Below are positions 46,418 to 56,400 of a stretch of DNA of 64,000 nucleotides, one piece after another. This stretch comes from an uncultured Chloroflexia bacterium. Lineage in GTDB: Bacteria; Chloroflexota; Limnocylindria; Limnocylindrales; CSP1-4. The DNA lies in contig CAVOVX010000007.1 of assembly GCA_963699965.1 (NCBI GenBank), forward strand, positions 142,885 to 206,884. Reading direction: 5' to 3'. The notes beneath the pieces are model-generated. The model saw nothing but the letters and a program-made list of their open reading frames with translations, did no database searches and was not told the DNA's origin. The first letter of the stretch is position 1. Every line of letters starts with the position of its first letter. Made by a program: the position numbers and the translations under genes.

Positions 46418-47049
46418 ACCTTGGCCTGCTTGTTCGCCATGTCCTCGAGCTCGGTCGTCGTCCGGACGTCGTAGGTGGCGAGCTCGACCAGGTCGTCGGT
46501 CGGGAGGTAGCGTCGGCCCGGGTCGCCGACGAGGACATCGATCCCGTGCGAGCGCGCGCGACGGAGCCAGGGCAGGACGCGCTCGGCGAGCCGGGCGTCG
46601 TACCAGCAGTCGCCGGCCAGGATCAGGTCGGTCTCCGGCGGGTCGTCGTCGAGGACGTCCCGTCGCACGACCGAGACGCGGCGGCCGTTGACCCGCGCAT
46701 TGAGCCCGATCGCCGCCGTAGCGAACACATCGATGTCCGCTCCGATCGCCTCGGCGGCGCCGGCCCGCAGCGCGGCAATCGCACACAGTCCGGAGCCGGA
46801 GGCGAGGTCGAACACCCGTCGGCCGATCACGACGTCGGGTCGCTCCCGGAGATACCGCCCGAGTGCGAGCCCGCCCGACCAGGCGAATGCCCAGTAGGGC
46901 AGGGCGGCGTCCGGGTCGCCCGTCTCGAGCTGGACCGCGCGCCAGAGCGACAGGACGTCATCGGCCTGGTGAAGGCGGATCTCCTCGAGTCCGGGGACCG
47001 GGCGGATGTCGGTGTGGCGCAGGACGAACGAGCGTGGTGCGGTGGCCAT
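46348..47049 (-). CDS. class I SAM-dependent methyltransferase (small-domain, protein-lysine/N-methyltransferase-like)
   Basis: ATG at 47049. LPYWAFAWSGGLALGRYL...RVFDLASGSGLCAIAALRAGAAEAIGADID (motif I)...DLILAGDCWYD. Its 3' end overlaps the convergent femAB-like gene by 70 nt. Confidence 0.75.
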   Translation of the reverse strand: MATAPRSFVLRHTDIRPVPGLEEIRLHQADDVLSLWRAVQLETGDPDAALPYWAFAWSGGLALGRYLRERPDVVIGRRVFDLASGSGLCAIAALRAGAAEAIGADIDVFATAAIGLNARVNGRRVSVVRRDVLDDDPPETDLILAGDCWYDARLAERVLPWLRRARSHGIDVLVGDPGRRYLPTDDLVELATYDVRTTTELEDMANKQAKVYAVRPADEPPTAASRWVTRPSP

Positions 47050-47062
47050 CGCTACGCAGCCG

Positions 47063-47668
47063 TCATGAGTCGCTGAAGCGCTCTTCCTTCCACGGGTCGG
47101 CGTCGTTGTTGTAGCCGTAGCGCTCCCAGAATCCGAGGATGTCGTGGTCGAGGAACTCGAGGCCACGAACCCATTTGGCGCTCTTCCAGAAGTAGCGCTT
47201 CGGAACGAACAGGCGGAGCGGCCAGCCGTGCTCTGGGTCGAGCGGCCGCCCGTCGTACGTGTCGGCCAGCAGCACGTCATCGTCGTCGAGGACCGACAGC
47301 GGGAGGTTCGCCGTGTAGCCCTGTTCCGAGTGGGCCAGGACGTGGGTCGCCTCGGGGCGCAGCTGGGCTCGGGTCAGGATCTCCTGGATCGGCACGCCCT
47401 CCCACGCGGTGTCGAGCTTCGTCCAGCGGGTGACGCAATGGATGTCGGTCGTGACCTGCTTGCGCGGCAGGGCCTTGAACTCGGCCCAGGTCAGTGTGAA
47501 CGGGTTGTCGATCGCGCCGAAGACCCGGAAGTCCCAGCTCGCCAGGTCGGTGTTCGGGATCGATCCGTAATGGAGGACCGGGAACTTATCGGTCTTGTAC
47601 TGGCCGGGCGGGATGCGTTCGGCGATGGCCGGGTCGGTCGGCTTCCCGAGCAGGCGGTCGAGCATCAT
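47063..47668 (-). CDS. molybdopterin-dependent oxidoreductase, sulfite-oxidase/YedY(MsrP)-like catalytic domain only
   Basis: 201 aa: [44 protein letters not shown] (conserved Cys context), [22 protein letters not shown]. Confidence 0.8.
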   Translation of the reverse strand: MMLDRLLGKPTDPAIAERIPPGQYKTDKFPVLHYGSIPNTDLASWDFRVFGAIDNPFTLTWAEFKALPRKQVTTDIHCVTRWTKLDTAWEGVPIQEILTRAQLRPEATHVLAHSEQGYTANLPLSVLDDDDVLLADTYDGRPLDPEHGWPLRLFVPKRYFWKSAKWVRGLEFLDHDILGFWERYGYNNDADPWKEERFSDS

Positions 47669-47800
47669 GGTCTCCGTGGCGCAGGTTCCCGCTGCATCCT
47701 CCCATACCGGGGCGATCGCGACAGGTCGGACCGTACGGGCGATGGGCGCAGCGCGCAGGCGCTACCCTTCACCCATGTTGCGTCCGGCGTCGACCCACGG

Positions 47801-48601
47801 ATGAGCCCGCCCGGCAGCACCCCTGACGGCGAGCCGTCCGAAACCGATCCGGCTGCACCCCGGGTCGTCATCGTGATGCCCGCCTATAACGCCGCCAAGA
47901 CCCTCGAGCGGACGTACGCGGACATCCCACATGCCATCGTCGACCGGATCATCCTCGTCGACGACGTGTCCCGCGACGAGACCGTCGAGATCGCCCGCCA
48001 GCTCGGCCTCGACGTGATCATCCATCGCCAGAACCGCGGGTATGGTGGCAACCAGAAGACGTGCTACGACGCCGCCCTGGCGGCGGGGGCCGACGTCGTC
48101 GTGATGCTCCACCCCGACTACCAGTACGACGCCACCCGGATCCCCGAGCTCATCGCGCCGATCGCGCATGGCGAGCGGGACCTGATGCTCGGGAGCCGGT
48201 TCCTCGGCGACCCGATCGCGGGTGGCATGCCCCGCTGGAAGTACCTCAGCAACCGGTTCCTGACGACGGTCGAGAACGTCGCGTTCGGGCTCCGCCTGAG
48301 CGAATACCACACCGGGCTGCGGGCCTACAGCAAGCGCCTCCTCGAGACGATCCCGTACCACCTCAACAGCGACGACTTCGTCTTCGACCAGGAGCTGATC
48401 GCTCAGGTCGTGGCGGCCGGTGGGCTGCCGATCGGCGAGATCGCCGTTCCGACGCGCTACTTCGAGGAGGCCAGCTCGGTCGGCTTCCGGAGGAGCGTCG
48501 TGTACGGCCTCGCCACGCTGCGCGTCGTTGCGCGGTTCGTGCTCCACCGGAGCCGCCTCCGGCGCTCGCCGAAGCTGACCTCGCGGCGCCCGGCGGCCTA
48601 G
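47801..48601 (+). CDS. family 2 glycosyltransferase (polyprenol-phosphate sugar synthase-like)
   Basis: ATG at 47801. Motifs: [59 protein letters not shown]. Confidence 0.85.
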   Translation: MSPPGSTPDGEPSETDPAAPRVVIVMPAYNAAKTLERTYADIPHAIVDRIILVDDVSRDETVEIARQLGLDVIIHRQNRGYGGNQKTCYDAALAAGADVVVMLHPDYQYDATRIPELIAPIAHGERDLMLGSRFLGDPIAGGMPRWKYLSNRFLTTVENVAFGLRLSEYHTGLRAYSKRLLETIPYHLNSDDFVFDQELIAQVVAAGGLPIGEIAVPTRYFEEASSVGFRRSVVYGLATLRVVARFVLHRSRLRRSPKLTSRRPAA

Positions 48602-48610
48602 GGCCGGATC

Positions 48611-49675
48611 GTGCGGCGGGATCTCGGCGGCCTCCTTCGCGCGGTCATCGGGATTGTCATCTCGATCGCCTCGCTCGCCTACGTGCTGGGTGGCGTCGAC
48701 CTGTCGAAGACCGCCGACATCGTCCGCACCGCAATCCCCGCCTGGCTCACCGTGTCGGTCGGCCTGCAGGGCGTCGACGTCCTGCTCCGAGCGGCCCGCT
48801 GGCAGCAGCTCGTCGCCCCGATCAAGTGGGTCCGGTTCCGGCCGATGCTGGCCTACCTGCTGGTCGGCTACCTCGCCAACAACATCCTGCCCGCCCGGCT
48901 CGGCGAGCTCGTCCGAAGCCACTACCTCGGCGATCGCGAGGGCATCAGCCGGGCGTCGGCTCTGGGCACGGTCGTCGTCGAGCGAGTCATCGATACGGCG
49001 GTCGTGGTCACGATCGGGGCGCTGGCGATCTTCGTCCTGCATGTTCGCGGCGTCGTGGCCAGTGCCGTCCTCGTCGGATTGGCGGTGAGCGGCCTGCTGA
49101 TCGTCGGTCTCGCCCTCGGCGTCGTCGCCCACCGCCTGCCCGGCGCTGACCGGGTCATCGCGTTCGCCGAGCGCCGACCGCGGGTCGCCGAGCTCGGTCG
49201 GCGGTTGCAGGAGGGGCTCGCCGTCGCCCGTCACCCGCGGACGCTGGGTGCGACGATCGGCCTCAGCATCGGGGCGTGGGGTGCGAGCCTGCTTGCCGTC
49301 GCGGCGGCCGGCCAGTCGATCGGGCTGGAGCTGACGATCGGCGAGGCTGCCCTGCTCGCGTCGGGCGTCGCCCTCGCCACCGCGATCCCGTCGGCGCCGG
49401 GTTACCTCGGGACGTTCGAGCTGGCGTTCACGACGATCGCCAAGGCGCTCGGCCTGCCGACGGACGAGGCGTTCGCCCTCGGCTTCATCGTCCACGTCGA
49501 GATCCTCCTCCTGACCTCGATCGGCGGGGCGATCGCGTTCCTCCGGCTCGGTTGGCAGCGGAGCGCCCACGAGGTCGGCGAGGTGGCTCGTGGCGTGGTC
49601 GACGGCGACGATCTCATCGACGGCGAGCTGCCGGTCGGGCCGGCGCCATCGGCCGCGGACGGGCCGCGGCACTGA
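48611..49675 (+). CDS. UPF0104/lysylphosphatidylglycerol-synthase-TM-region (flippase-like) membrane protein
   Basis: 354 aa, about 8 TM helices: RAARWQQLV, LVGYLANNILPARLGELVRSHYL, GTVVVERVIDTAVV, PSAPGYLGTFE. Confidence 0.8.
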   Translation: MRRDLGGLLRAVIGIVISIASLAYVLGGVDLSKTADIVRTAIPAWLTVSVGLQGVDVLLRAARWQQLVAPIKWVRFRPMLAYLLVGYLANNILPARLGELVRSHYLGDREGISRASALGTVVVERVIDTAVVVTIGALAIFVLHVRGVVASAVLVGLAVSGLLIVGLALGVVAHRLPGADRVIAFAERRPRVAELGRRLQEGLAVARHPRTLGATIGLSIGAWGASLLAVAAAGQSIGLELTIGEAALLASGVALATAIPSAPGYLGTFELAFTTIAKALGLPTDEAFALGFIVHVEILLLTSIGGAIAFLRLGWQRSAHEVGEVARGVVDGDDLIDGELPVGPAPSAADGPRH

Positions 49676-49719
49676 CCCATCTGCGGTCCTGAGGAGGGAC
49701 CCGGCCCCGAGAATCGGAA

Positions 49720-49743
49720 GACCCCGGCGTCGCGGCCGGGGTC
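49720..49743. terminator. bidirectional stem-loop between convergent genes
   Basis: GACCCCGGC-GTCGCG-GCCGGGGTC (a 9-bp perfect stem), between the stop at 49675 (+) and the stop at 49767 (-). Confidence 0.55.
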
Positions 49744-49766
49744 TCCGGGGTGGGTGGCGTGACCCC

Positions 49767-50789
49767 CTAGGGAGCGGGGTTGGCCAGGTCGCTGAGCTTC
49801 GAGAGCTTGTACTTGTCGGCCGTCGCCTTGGTCACGACGAACCCGTTCTGGTCCGTCGCGGGGGCCGCGTCGAAGGCTGTCAGCTTGAGCGGCGCGAGCC
49901 GCTCCTTGAGCTTGGCCACCGTTACGGCGGGGTCGGCCGATGCCTCGCCCGCGGCCTTGTTGACGTACTCGAGCGCGGTCGCGGCGTACTCGGCGAGGAT
50001 GTCGATGTCGCCCTTCAGGAGGGCCGGGAAGACGACCTCTCGGTTGCCGAGCTGGAACTTGCGCTCCACCTTGAACCCGTTCGCCTCGAGGACCTGGGCG
50101 AAGATCTCGCCGAGGATCTCCTGCTCGTAGAAGTTCGTCGAGCCAACCTTGACGGTGATCCCGTTGCCCGACGTCCCGCCGGTCACCAGGCCGTTGGTCG
50201 CGAGCCACGCGCCGGCGACCGACTTCGAGTCCTTGCCGTCGACGGTCACCTGCTTGTTGAGGTCGGTCAGCTGCTCCTGGGTCAGCTTGGCCATGAACGG
50301 GTTGATCAGGTCGGCCAGGCCGGGGGCCTTCGCCAGCAGGTCGTTGCGCACGACCGGGATCAGGTTGTCGGCCAGCTGGAGATGCTTGTCGTCCTCGAGC
50401 AGGACCAGGTTGTGGGTCTGGATCGACGGATCCGAGGTGAACAGGAGGGCCACGTCGACGAGGCCGGAGTCGATCGCGCTGACGGTGAGCGGGCCACCCG
50501 CATCGAGCGGCAGGAACAGCTTGAAGTCGATCCCGTAGGTCTTCTTCAGGCCGACCGCGCAGAACGGTCGCTGGGGGCACTCGGGCGGGCCGCCGAGGGT
50601 GAGCTGGGATGCGATCGAGCCGGTCGGCGCCGCGGACGCCGGAGAGGCTGCGGTCGATGGACTGGCGGCGACCGACGGAGCCGCCGTCGGCGCCGCCGAA
50701 GCTGATGGACTGCTCCCACCCGACGTGCACGCGCTCACGATGAGCGCGACAACCGTCGCCCCGAGAGCGGCCCTGCGGATTGTCCGCAT
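49767..50789 (-). CDS. glycine betaine/choline-type ABC transporter substrate-binding lipoprotein (OpuAC/OpuBC family)
   Basis: Signal plus lipobox: MRTIRRAALGATVVALIVSACTSG. Ser/Ala/Pro linker, then GGPPECPQRPFCAVGLKKTYG, VALLFTSDPSI, LLEDDKHLQLADNLIPVV, VGSTNFYEQEILGEIFAQVLEANGF. Confidence 0.8.
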   Translation of the reverse strand: MRTIRRAALGATVVALIVSACTSGGSSPSASAAPTAAPSVAASPSTAASPASAAPTGSIASQLTLGGPPECPQRPFCAVGLKKTYGIDFKLFLPLDAGGPLTVSAIDSGLVDVALLFTSDPSIQTHNLVLLEDDKHLQLADNLIPVVRNDLLAKAPGLADLINPFMAKLTQEQLTDLNKQVTVDGKDSKSVAGAWLATNGLVTGGTSGNGITVKVGSTNFYEQEILGEIFAQVLEANGFKVERKFQLGNREVVFPALLKGDIDILAEYAATALEYVNKAAGEASADPAVTVAKLKERLAPLKLTAFDAAPATDQNGFVVTKATADKYKLSKLSDLANPAP

Positions 50790-50923
50790 GGGTCCTCCTT
50801 CCTGATCGTCCGGCGTCGCTCTGGGGACGTCGCCACAGACGTCCGCGGACTATACCCCGGGAGGCGCGATCGGGCCCTCCGCGCCGCCCGGACGATCGTT
50901 CCTCGCGGCGACCGCGGACCAGG

Positions 50924-51656
50924 CTAGGGCAGCGCGGCCGGTGGCGGCCCGTCGAGTCCGGCGATCGACAAATCGGATGGACCCGAGGCCTGGGCCAGCC
51001 GGATTCCGGGCGAGACGAGACGGCGCTCGGCCAAGGTCAGGCTCCGCTCGGTGACGACGGCCAGGACGGCCACCAGGATCGCCCCGGCGACGAGCATCGC
51101 CTGGTCCTGGAGGGCGAACCCGTCGACGATGTAGCGACCGAACCCGCCTCCGGCGATGAGCGCCGCGAGCGTCGCGGTGGCCACCGCCGCGACCGCCGCC
51201 GTGCGGACGCCGGCCACGAGAATCGGCATCGCCGCCGGCAGCTCGACCCGCGGTCAGGACTTGCGACTCACGCATGCCCATCCCCCGCGCGGCGTCGACC
51301 ATCTCCCGATCGACTCCGCGCAGCCCGACATGGGTGTTGGCCAGGATCGGCGGGATCGACAGCAGCACGAGCGCGAGGAGCGGCGTGAGCAGCCCGAACC
51401 CGAGGATCGGGAAGAACACGAGGAGCAGGGCGTAAGACGGGATCGCCCGACCGAGCCCGGCCACGTTGAGGGCGAGTCCACCGCCGCGACCAGTGTGGCC
51501 CGTGTAGAGGCCGATCGGGAGCGCGATGAGGAGCGCCACGACGATCGCCAGGAACGCCAGCTCGACGTGCTCCAGGAACCGGGTCGGGATCCCGTTGCGG
51601 CCCTCCCAATGGGCCGGATCGGCAATCCAGCTGAGCGCGCCGCTGATCTCGTCCAT
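50924..51656 (-). pseudogene. glycine betaine-type ABC transporter permease, one frame change near 51240
   Basis: MDEISGALSWIADPAHWEG...FLAIVVALLIALPIGLYTGH...IPSYALLLVFFPILGFG...VDAARGMGMRESQVL, then one frame over MPILVAGVRTAAVAAVATATLAALIAGGGFGRYIVDGF. Confidence 0.8.
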
Positions 51657-51660
51657 CGGC

Positions 51661-52299
51661 TCAGCCCGCTCGCCGCGCCCACGGCGTCAGGAGCCGCTGG
51701 ACGAGCTGGAGGAGCAGGTCGAGGACGAGCGCGACGACGACGGTCAGGACGAAGCCGACGTAGATCATCGTCGGGAACTGCCGGTTGAACCCACGCAGCA
51801 TCAGCTGGCCGAGGCCGCCCTCCCCGATGACCGCCGTGACCATCACCAGCCCGACCGTCGTCACCGTCGCGATCCGCACCCCGCTCATGATGACCGGGAT
51901 CGCGAGCGGGAGGTCCACGGCGATCAGTCGCTGTCGCGGGCTGTAGCCCATGCCGTCGGCCGACTCGCGGACCTCGGCCGCGATCCCGTCGAGCCCGGCC
52001 AGGATGTTCCGGGTCAGGATGAGCAGGGTGTAGCTGATCAGCCCGATCTCGGCCGTGACGAGGGTCAGCCCGGTGAACGGGACGAGGAAGGCGAACAGCG
52101 CCAGGCTCGGGATCGTGTAGAGGATCCCGAATGTCGCGGTCACGGGGCCGCGCAGGAACCCGAGCCGGCGGATGAGGAGGGCAGACCCGAGGCTGATCGC
52201 CAGGCCGACCCAGACGGCGAGGACGGTCAGCACGAGATGGTCGATCAGGGCACCGCCGATCACCCCCAGGTTGTCGACGATCCAGTCCGGCCGGATCAT
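51661..52299 (-). CDS. glycine betaine-type ABC transporter permease
   Basis: Intact 212 aa: LVLTVLAVWVGLAISL...ILYTIPSLALFAFLVP...ESADGMGYSPRQRLIAVDLPLAIPVIMSGVRIATVTTVGLVMVTAVIGEGGLG. Confidence 0.85.
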   Translation of the reverse strand: MIRPDWIVDNLGVIGGALIDHLVLTVLAVWVGLAISLGSALLIRRLGFLRGPVTATFGILYTIPSLALFAFLVPFTGLTLVTAEIGLISYTLLILTRNILAGLDGIAAEVRESADGMGYSPRQRLIAVDLPLAIPVIMSGVRIATVTTVGLVMVTAVIGEGGLGQLMLRGFNRQFPTMIYVGFVLTVVVALVLDLLLQLVQRLLTPWARRAG

Positions 52300-53475
52300 C
52301 GCGACGCCCCGGCTCCGACGGCGCCCTGGCCCCGGCCGACGGGCACCCGAAGCTCGGCGACGATCGCGTCGAGCTCGATCAGGCCGGCGACCCGCCCGGC
52401 GCCGTCGACGAGATTCCCGGCCTGGACGTCGGCCTCGAGCAGCATCGACAGGGCGTCCTTGAGCGTCGTCCGCGGCCCGAGCAGCGGCGACGTCGGATTG
52501 GCCAGGTCGGCCGGCAGCGGACCGCTCGCGGGCAGGTCCGCCTCGTCGACCCAGCCGATCGGCCGATCCTCGTCGTCGACGAGGAGGAGGTACGGCGAGT
52601 CGCCCGCGACCAGGCGGCGCCGGGCTTCGGCGGCATCCTCGCCCGGATGCGCGGTGATCGCCGGCGACGGGGCGAGCTCGCCGACCCGGACGAGCGACAG
52701 GCGCTTGAGCCCGCGGTCCGCGCCCACGAAGCGGGCGACGAAGTCCGACGCGGGGTTGGCCAGGATCTCGGCTGGCGGCCCGAACTGGGCGAGGCGCCCG
52801 CCGGCCTGCATGACCGCGACGAGGTCGCCCATCTTGATCGCCTCGTCGATGTCGTGGGTCACGAACAGGATCGTCTTGGCCAGCTCCTCCTGGAGTCGCA
52901 GGAACTCGTTCTGGAGCCGGTCGCGGACGATCGGATCGACCGCGCCGAACGGCTCGTCCATGAGCATCAGCGGTGGGTCGGCGGCGAGCGCCCGGGCGAC
53001 CCCGACCCGTTGGCGCTCGCCGCCCGAGAGCTGGCTCGGGTAGCGGTCGCGGTACGCTGACCGGATCGAGGCCGACGAGGCCGAGCAGCTCGTCGGTCCG
53101 CTCGCGCTGGCGCGCCTGCGTCCCAGCCGAGCAGCCGCGGGACGACCGCCACGTTGTCGCCGATCGTCATGGTGCGGGAACAGGCCGGTCTGACTGGATG
53201 ACGTAGCCGATGCCGCGGCGCAGCTCGGTGACCGTCCGGGTGGCGGCATCGACGCCGTCGATGAGGATCCGCCCGGAGGTCGGCTCGATCAGCCGGTTGA
53301 CCATCTTGAGCGACGTCGTCTTGCCGCAGCCGGACGGCCCGACGAGGACGCAGATCCGGCCGGCAGGCACGGCCAGCGACAGGTCGTTGACGGCGCCCGG
53401 CGTGCCGGTCTCGGTCCGGCCGTAGAACTTCGTGACGTGCTCGAACTCGACGGTGGCGGCCTGCGTGGGGGGCAT
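52296..53475 (-). pseudogene. glycine betaine-type ABC transporter ATPase with C-terminal CBS pair, at least 3 frame changes
   Basis: ATG at 53475. Walker A: LVGPSGCGKTTSLKMVNRL. Then GYVIQ / TGLFPHMTIGDNVAVVPRLLGWD / YPSQLSGGERQRVGVARALAADPPLMLMDEPFGAVDP (ABC signature plus Walker B), ILFVTHDIDEA. CBS region: LLLVDDEDRPIGWV...GNLVDGAGRVAGLI. Confidence 0.8.
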
Positions 53476-53485
53476 CGCGACGGAT

Positions 53486-56400
53486 CTACCTCGGAGGCTG
53501 GTCGCCCGACATTACCCGAGAACCCGACGGTCCGGATTCGAGCTCGCCGAGGGTGGCCCGAGCCCGGCTGGCGTGGGGCTCGGCCCCGAGCAGCTCGTAG
53601 GTCGCGAGGGCCTGGAGCACCAGCTCGCCTTGAGCGCGGCCACCAAGCGCCGCCTGCATCTCGCGGGTTCGGGCCGCCTCGAATGGAGCCAGTCGGTCGA
53701 ACGTCACGCTTGCCCGCTCGAAGAGGCGCAGCGCCTCGTCGGTTGAGCCGGCGGCGGCCAGGGCACGGGCCTCGGCGCGGTCCGCGGTCGGCGCGGCGAG
53801 GGCCAGCAAACCCGCTCGCGCCCGGACCTCGGGCAGGAACGCGCGTATGGCGTCCCAATCCTCGAGCGCAACCAGCGCGTCGAGCATGACCGCGAGCTCG
53901 ATCGCCGGCTCCTCGGCGAAGTTGCGCGTCCCGCTGTCGAGCGCTCGCTGGGCCATCGCCCGAGCGCTCGCCGCATCGCCGAACGCCAGCGACGCCATCG
54001 CCTGCAGGGCCTCGACCATGCCGACCGGCCCCTCGCCATCGGGCATCAGCCCGGCGACGGTTCGCGCCCGATCGAGATCGCCTCGGTCGGCGAGGACGAC
54101 GGCCCCCAGCGGGAAGCCGCCCATTGCGAACGGGCAGGAGGAGTCACTCTGGGCCTCGAACGCTGCGAGGTGCTCGTCGATCAACCCCGGGATCTCGGCC
54201 CATCGACCAGCCAGGAACAGCGCGGCCATCAAGGTCATGGTCGAGTGGTTGACGTCGTGCGGCCGGAGCTCCCGGCCGATCCGCAGCGCCCGTGACATCG
54301 GCTCGATCATCGCCTCGGCCTCGCCGGCCACCCAGGTCAGCGTGTTGCCGGCCTCGACCAGTCCGAGGTGGCGCTCGCGGGGGTCATCGCAGATGTCGCT
54401 GACAACGAGCTGGCGACGGGTGGCCGCCACGCTCCCGTCCACATCGCCATTCACGATCAACAGGGCCCGGCGGATGTGGAGCACATTGGACTCGAGGATC
54501 GTGTTGCCCGTCCGCTCGGCGTAGGCCCGGGCGGCCTCGAGCGCATCTGCCCGCTCGCGGTACGGGATCGGATCCGTCCGATGGAACGCCATCCAGCGGA
54601 CCCCGGCGGCGGCCTTGAGGAGGTCGAGCCAGGCACGGGTGTCGCGATCCGGTCCGCCCTCGAGGCCGGTCCTGACGTACGAGTCGATCGTCTCCGGCTC
54701 CATCGGCGTGGCAAACGAGCCCCACATGATCGCGGCCATCCGGGCGACCTTCATGGCCAGCCGCGCCACGTCAGAGCCCGACCCGGGCAGCTCCCGTCGG
54801 AGGGCCATCGCGGGGTCCCAGGCGGCTCGGGCGAGATGGCCGTCGTAGCCGGCGTCGTGATCGTCGCCGAGCTCCTCGAGGGCGACGGCTCGCTCCTCGG
54901 TCGTCAGGGCCAGCTCGATCGCCCGTTCGTGGAGGCCGACCGCTCGATCGAGCGCGTACCTCTTCCGGGCGGTCGCCCCACCGACGAGGAAGGCGGCCAT
55001 CGCCCGGCGGCGGAGCTCGGCGAGCTCGGTCGATCCGGCCGGCCAGGCCAGGTCGGCCCCGTCGCCGAGGGCTTGCTCGTAGTGGAACGCGATGAGCTCG
55101 GCCAGCTCCTCCGAACCCTCTGGACTGAGCGTGCCGAGCCAGCCGGCGACGGCGGCATGCGCCGTGGCCCGGCGGGCGATCGACAGCCCGGCGTACGCCA
55201 CGTCGCGGATCAGCGAGTGCTTGAAGGAATACTCGACCTGGCCGGACAAGGTGGAGCTCGGACGAAGGGCCACCAGGCCGCGGCGCTCGAGCTCGGAGAG
55301 CCGATCGTCGATGTCGGCCGACCCGACCGCCAGTGCCACCGGCTGGTCCCAGAAGATGCGGCCGACGACTGCTGCCTCGCGGAGTACGCGCCGCTCCGGC
55401 TCGGGCAGGCCGTCGATGCGGGCCGCGAGCAGGCCGTGGATCGTGTCCGGAATGACCGGGCTCGCGGTTCCGCCGCGCGACAGCCAGCGGCCGTCCTCGC
55501 GGACGAGGGAGCCCATCTCGACCAGTCGCGTCACGATCTCCTCGATGAAGAGCGGATTGCCCTCGGCCGTCGCGAGGATCTCGTCCTCGACCGCCGGCGG
55601 CAGGTCTCGACCGGGCAGCAACCCGTCAAGCAGGCCCGAGCTCTGGCGACGGTCGAGCGGTCGCAGCGAGAGGGCAGCGACGTCCGGTCGCCCAGCCGCG
55701 AAGGAGGCATGGGTCTCGGCGAACTCCGGACGGGCCGTCGCCACCAGGAGCAGCGCTCCGGTCGACCTGGCCAGGATCCGCTCGACCATCTCCCTCAGCA
55801 GGTCGCTCGCCCAGTGCATGTCCTCGAGGACGACGACCGTCGGCCCGCGACTCGCCAGGGCGCTTACGAACATCGGCCAGCGTCGACCGAGATCGGAGCT
55901 GACGGCCAGCGGCCGCGCCCGATCGAGCGGGTTGTCGGGCAGGGCGATCCCCGCGGTCGTGGCCAGGGCGAAGATCGTGGCCTCGGCGTCCGCCTCGGCG
56001 ACCCCGGCAGATGCGAGCAAGGCCCCAGCCCGTTCCCGCAGCTTGGAGGCCGCAACAAGGGTCTCGTCGTCGAGCGCGATCCCGCATGCGCTGCGCACGA
56101 CTTCCGCCAGCGGCCAGTAAGTGATGCCCTTGTCGACAGCCGGGGAACGCCCACGCAGCGCGACCAGGTCGGGGCGCTCCGACGATGCCAGGGCGACGGC
56201 CTCTCGGACGAGGCGGCTCTTGCCGATCCCGGCCGGCCCGTAGACAAGGGCCAGCCTCGGCGAGCGCGACTCGATCGCCTCGTCGAGCAGATTGCTGAGC
56301 ACGGCGAGCTCGTGCTCGCGTCCGACGACCCGGGCCTGTAGGTTGCGCGCCGGCCCCTCCTCGAGCGCCCCTGAGATCCGAGCGACCAGCCGATGGGCCA

